Of a stretch of 64,000 nucleotides of DNA, positions 61,356 through 64,000 are shown piece after piece. The DNA is from Chitinophagales bacterium (lineage in GTDB: Bacteria > Bacteroidota > Bacteroidia > Chitinophagales > LD1), in contig JAXLUJ010000006.1 of assembly GCA_046329575.1 (NCBI GenBank), positions 166,121 to 230,120 of the forward strand, given 5' to 3'. A program made the translations under genes and the position numbers. The notes under the pieces are model-generated. The model was not told where the DNA came from. It ran no database searches and saw only the letters and a program-made list of their open reading frames with translations. Numbering within the stretch: the stretch's first letter is position 1; each line of letters starts with the position of its first letter.

Positions 61356-61522
61356 GGCTGTAAATTCATTGAAAACCAAGGTGTCTACCACCCTATCGGG
61401 AATCCAAAAGAGAAAACAGGTGCTGTAAATTCATTGAAAACCAAGGTGTCTACCACCCCTACGAACTTTGTGAGGCTCAGAAAGCATGCTGTAAATTCAT
61501 TGAAAACCAAGGTGTCTACCAC
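61356..61522. CRISPR. CRISPR-like mini-array: 3 perfect 36-bp direct repeats with two unique spacers (29 and 30 bp); no cas genes in the window
   Basis: GCTGTAAATTCATTGAAAACCAAGGTGTCTACCACC occurs at 61356, 61421 and 61487. The spacers are CTATCGGGAATCCAAAAGAGAAAACAGGT and CCTACGAACTTTGTGAGGCTCAGAAAGCAT. An AT-rich flank lies at 61262-61355. Confidence 0.45.
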
Positions 61523-61546
61523 CATAGTTTTCTGTTTCTTTGCAGA

Positions 61547-61972
61547 ATGAAACGAACCTTAGGGCTTTTGCTGGTAGTAGCCGTTCTATTTGCAGGCTAT
61601 TTATGGGTAATGAAACCCAAGCCCCCAGTATGTAAAGGATTGGAAAAAGTAAGTTTCGACTCGATTTCACCAACCGGCCGCGAACTTAAGGGGGAACTGT
61701 TATTTGCAAACGAATCGAAACTGCGAACGCAATTGGGTGAAATTGAGTTTAAGGCAAAGATTAACGGTACAGAAGTAGGCGCCATCCATCAGGAAGTAAG
61801 CAGCGGCATTTCAAAACAGGAAACGTATCGCTTGCCTTTCCAACTTCGATTTTCGACCGACGAAATTGTGCTGCAACCGCCTTACCGTATCGAAGTGACC
61901 GGCGAAGCGCGTTCTACCACTTTGTTCGCCAACTATCGCGCACCAATTCAAATCAATCTGGAAATCCAATAA
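61547..61972 (+). CDS. LEA_2 (LEA14/NDR1-HIN1-like) family membrane-anchored protein
   Basis: N-terminal TM, then a pattern typical of bacterial LEA_2 proteins (F.A.ING.EVG....). This assignment is moderately confident. Confidence 0.6.
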   Translation: MKRTLGLLLVVAVLFAGYLWVMKPKPPVCKGLEKVSFDSISPTGRELKGELLFANESKLRTQLGEIEFKAKINGTEVGAIHQEVSSGISKQETYRLPFQLRFSTDEIVLQPPYRIEVTGEARSTTLFANYRAPIQINLEIQ

Positions 61973-61973
61973 C

Positions 61974-62432
61974 GTGAGAATATTTTTTTTCATGGCCTTA
62001 TTGGCCACTGCCCTTTCTTCCTGTCACATCACAGCTCCTATTTATAAGCGTACCGAAAATTTCGATTTCCACCGCGTTGACCAAGTGGGATTTCATTTGG
62101 GCGCCAATGCCATTTTTTATAATCCGAACAAAGTAAAGTTCAAAATCGAAAAGCTTACGATGGACATCTATTTTGACGGAAAAAAAATTGGCACCATTGG
62201 CGACAGCTCTCAGGTTCGTATCGAAAAGCGCTCGGAGTTTGCCATACCCATGAATATTGTGGTAAACCCCGAGGTTACCTTACCACAGGGTTTGAACACG
62301 CTCTTTAAAGTACTGGCTACACTTGAGGCTACTGTTGACTTGCGCGGCGTAGTAGTTGTAAAGGCATACGGACTAAAATTCCCAATTACCGTAAACGAAA
62401 CGCAAAAAGTAGATCTCACGAAATTGCGTTGA
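61974..62432 (+). CDS. LEA_2 family lipoprotein (paralogue of the upstream gene)
   Basis: GTG start and lipobox LATALSSCH. NPNKVKFKIEKLTMDIYFDGKKIGT. Confidence 0.6.
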   Translation: MRIFFFMALLATALSSCHITAPIYKRTENFDFHRVDQVGFHLGANAIFYNPNKVKFKIEKLTMDIYFDGKKIGTIGDSSQVRIEKRSEFAIPMNIVVNPEVTLPQGLNTLFKVLATLEATVDLRGVVVVKAYGLKFPITVNETQKVDLTKLR

Positions 62433-63389
62433 TCAGCCTTTCACAAATTGCTGCAGCCATCTGCAATCTTCATGCTCAATCTGTAAAAAATACGTTCCCT
62501 TTTTTAAATCAGAAACATCAATGCCTTCCGCATTTTCTTTCAAACGGCGATCAGCAATCAGTTTGCCGGTTTGATCAAAGATTTGAACACGCCCCGGCAC
62601 CTTTTTACTGTCACTCCAATAAATCATGTTGGTTGCCGGAACGGGAAAAATTCGGATATCACCATTCCATAAAGCATCTACCGCAGCAGGCTGCACTACA
62701 TGCTCAAAACGAAAAACGGTTCCCGGAGCGGGAACGCCATACAATCCCGGAAGGGAAACGCTATGCGACGAATCGGCCTGAAAAGAACTGGAATCGCCGG
62801 TGAGCCAAATTTTTTCATAAACCGTGGTCAAATCATTTTTGGCAAAGATCAATCCCGTCTTTGGTCCATTTGATGAATTGTAACCATCGAAATTTCCGGT
62901 TGATGGACCGAAGTGATATTCTATGCTTCCGGTATTGCGATACATCCATATCTGAAAGCTCAACTCGTTATCGGCAGGTCCGTTTCTAAATTTAAAATGT
63001 TCCCATTCCACCTTCAGAATACTTCCGGTTCCGGAAATTTCAGTACTGTAAGAAATCTGCGAGGACGCATCAATGGAATCCAGCCGTCCGCGCAATCCGT
63101 TTAACGCAACAATATTTTGAGGATCTTCTATATCCAGAAATCCATCGGCTGAAATGCCAATATAGGTAGTGGTATCATTCATCAAATGGTTGCTACCAAA
63201 TAACGAGAAGTTTTGGCCGTGCAGCGGTATTCGAAAAACATCACCCGAACTACCGGCCAGGCCGTTCACCGCAGTACCCACCGTTAAGGCGTGATAGGGC
63301 TGTTGTAAAATTTGTAGCGAATAGTAATTATTTTGAGCAGATGCCATTAAATAACAGCAAAACGCTAATGCAGAAAAAAATCGTTTCAT
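62433..63389 (-). CDS. Secreted protein with T9SS C-terminal sorting domain
   Basis: Signal peptide MKRFFSALAFCCYLMASAQ. C-terminus IRIFPVPATNMIYW...KKGTYFLQIEHEDCRWLQQFVKG. Confidence 0.8.
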   Translation of the reverse strand: MKRFFSALAFCCYLMASAQNNYYSLQILQQPYHALTVGTAVNGLAGSSGDVFRIPLHGQNFSLFGSNHLMNDTTTYIGISADGFLDIEDPQNIVALNGLRGRLDSIDASSQISYSTEISGTGSILKVEWEHFKFRNGPADNELSFQIWMYRNTGSIEYHFGPSTGNFDGYNSSNGPKTGLIFAKNDLTTVYEKIWLTGDSSSFQADSSHSVSLPGLYGVPAPGTVFRFEHVVQPAAVDALWNGDIRIFPVPATNMIYWSDSKKVPGRVQIFDQTGKLIADRRLKENAEGIDVSDLKKGTYFLQIEHEDCRWLQQFVKG

Positions 63390-63505
63390 GGCTTTTTTTC
63401 TTCAAAGCTGAAGTATTGCAAATGCCATGAATTGTATAAAAGCAGCGCGGTAGAGGCTAAAGGTTGCGCCGGCTACATGTGATTGACAATGAACCTAAAG
63501 ATTTT

Positions 63506-63539
63506 ATTAAAAAAGCCCCGCTTCGAATAGAAGCGGGGC
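63506..63539 (-). terminator. Rho-independent terminator after tRNA-Leu
   Basis: 10-bp perfect stem GCCCCGCTTC / GAAGCGGGGC (63515-63539) with a 5-nt loop, followed by a U-run on the minus strand. Confidence 0.8.
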
Positions 63540-63624
63540 TGGTGCCCAGGAAGGGACTCGAACCCCCACACCTTGCGGCTCTCGCACCTGAAACGAGCGC
63601 GTCTACCAATTTCGCCACCTGGGC
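63540..63624 (-). tRNA. tRNA-Leu (anticodon CAG), class II, encoded CCA
   Basis: GCCCAGGTGGCGAAATTGGTAGACGC 5' half, anticodon loop TTCAGGT, long variable arm, T-loop TTCGAGT, and 3' ACCA. Confidence 0.9.
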
Positions 63625-63832
63625 GCTTAGCTCTGCAACAGCGAGCTACGCTAAATTTCAGTGGCGCGAATGTAAGCAAAGATTGGAATTGCGCAACCAA
63701 CCCACATCAATTAATACAATTGGATTTTGCACAATTTTATTGGATGATCACAGTCATACGCTCCACGAATTCCGAAAATCCGGCACCGCCCCGGCAAGCT
63801 CCCTTATTTCAGTCCTAATGTTTATCCCTAAA

Positions 63833-64000
63833 CCCTTGCGTCTTGCATCTTGCGTCTTGTGTCTTGCGTCTTGCGTCTGGACGTGTATCCGTGTATTAGT
63901 TTATCCGTATGTTCGTGTGGCATAGCTAAAAGCTCATGGCTCACGGCTCACGGCTCGCAACTTGCCCCTTACGTCTTGCCCCTTGTGTCTTGCGTCTTGC
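63833..64000. repeat. Composite heptamer-block array, reverse-complement orientation of the 34546-34923 family; continues past the window edge
   Basis: GTCTTGC block, then ACGTGTATCCGTGTAT (the reverse complement of ATACACGGATACACGT at 34.65 kb), then an AGCTCA/GGCTCAC block, then a GTCTTGC block. Confidence 0.85.

Overview
This is a Bacteroidota-type chromosomal window, judged from T9SS C-terminal sorting domains, DUF1573 and DUF5606 proteins, TAnnTTTG promoter boxes and the murF-less dcw gene order. I ran no homology search. All calls come from reading the ORF translations and the DNA by eye. The housekeeping backbone is a complete dcw cluster on the minus strand (mraZ-rsmH-ftsL-ftsI-murE-mraY-murD-ftsW-murG-murC-ftsQ-ftsA-ftsZ, 45.4-61.1 kb), plus ligA-uvrC, rlmN, yajC, rarA, gcvP, a deoxynucleoside kinase and three tRNAs (Pro, Ser, Leu). 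Accessory content includes a giant adhesin-like gene (1-4693, minus, truncated by the window edge and therefore absent from the ORF track) and several T9SS cargo genes. There is also a gamma-glutamylation-type amine catabolic cluster (34.9-41.9 kb) joined to a LytS/LytTR two-component pair. The most unusual signals are non-coding. (1) Many intergenic regions, mostly the larger gaps at gene 3' ends, are built from ordered blocks of degenerate heptamer repeats (GCAAGAC, TGAGCTA, ACAATGA, GTTCTGA, GTTGAAA, CATCTCT and others). These occur as inverted arm pairs, either as stand-alone hairpins after genes or as split arms bracketing AT-rich accessory cassettes. (2) A GC-rich element of about 105 bp has at least 6 copies and carries a position-conserved hairpin whose stem sequence differs between copies. 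(3) A 285-bp MITE-like insertion has 19-bp perfect terminal inverted repeats. (4) Three perfect 36-bp direct repeats with 29- and 30-bp unique spacers form a CRISPR-like mini-array with no cas genes in the window. It lies next to phased MraZ-box-like repeats upstream of mraZ and shares an 8-mer with them. Repeat boundaries are approximate (about +/-5 bp), and several start codons are my re-calls of the track ORFs.
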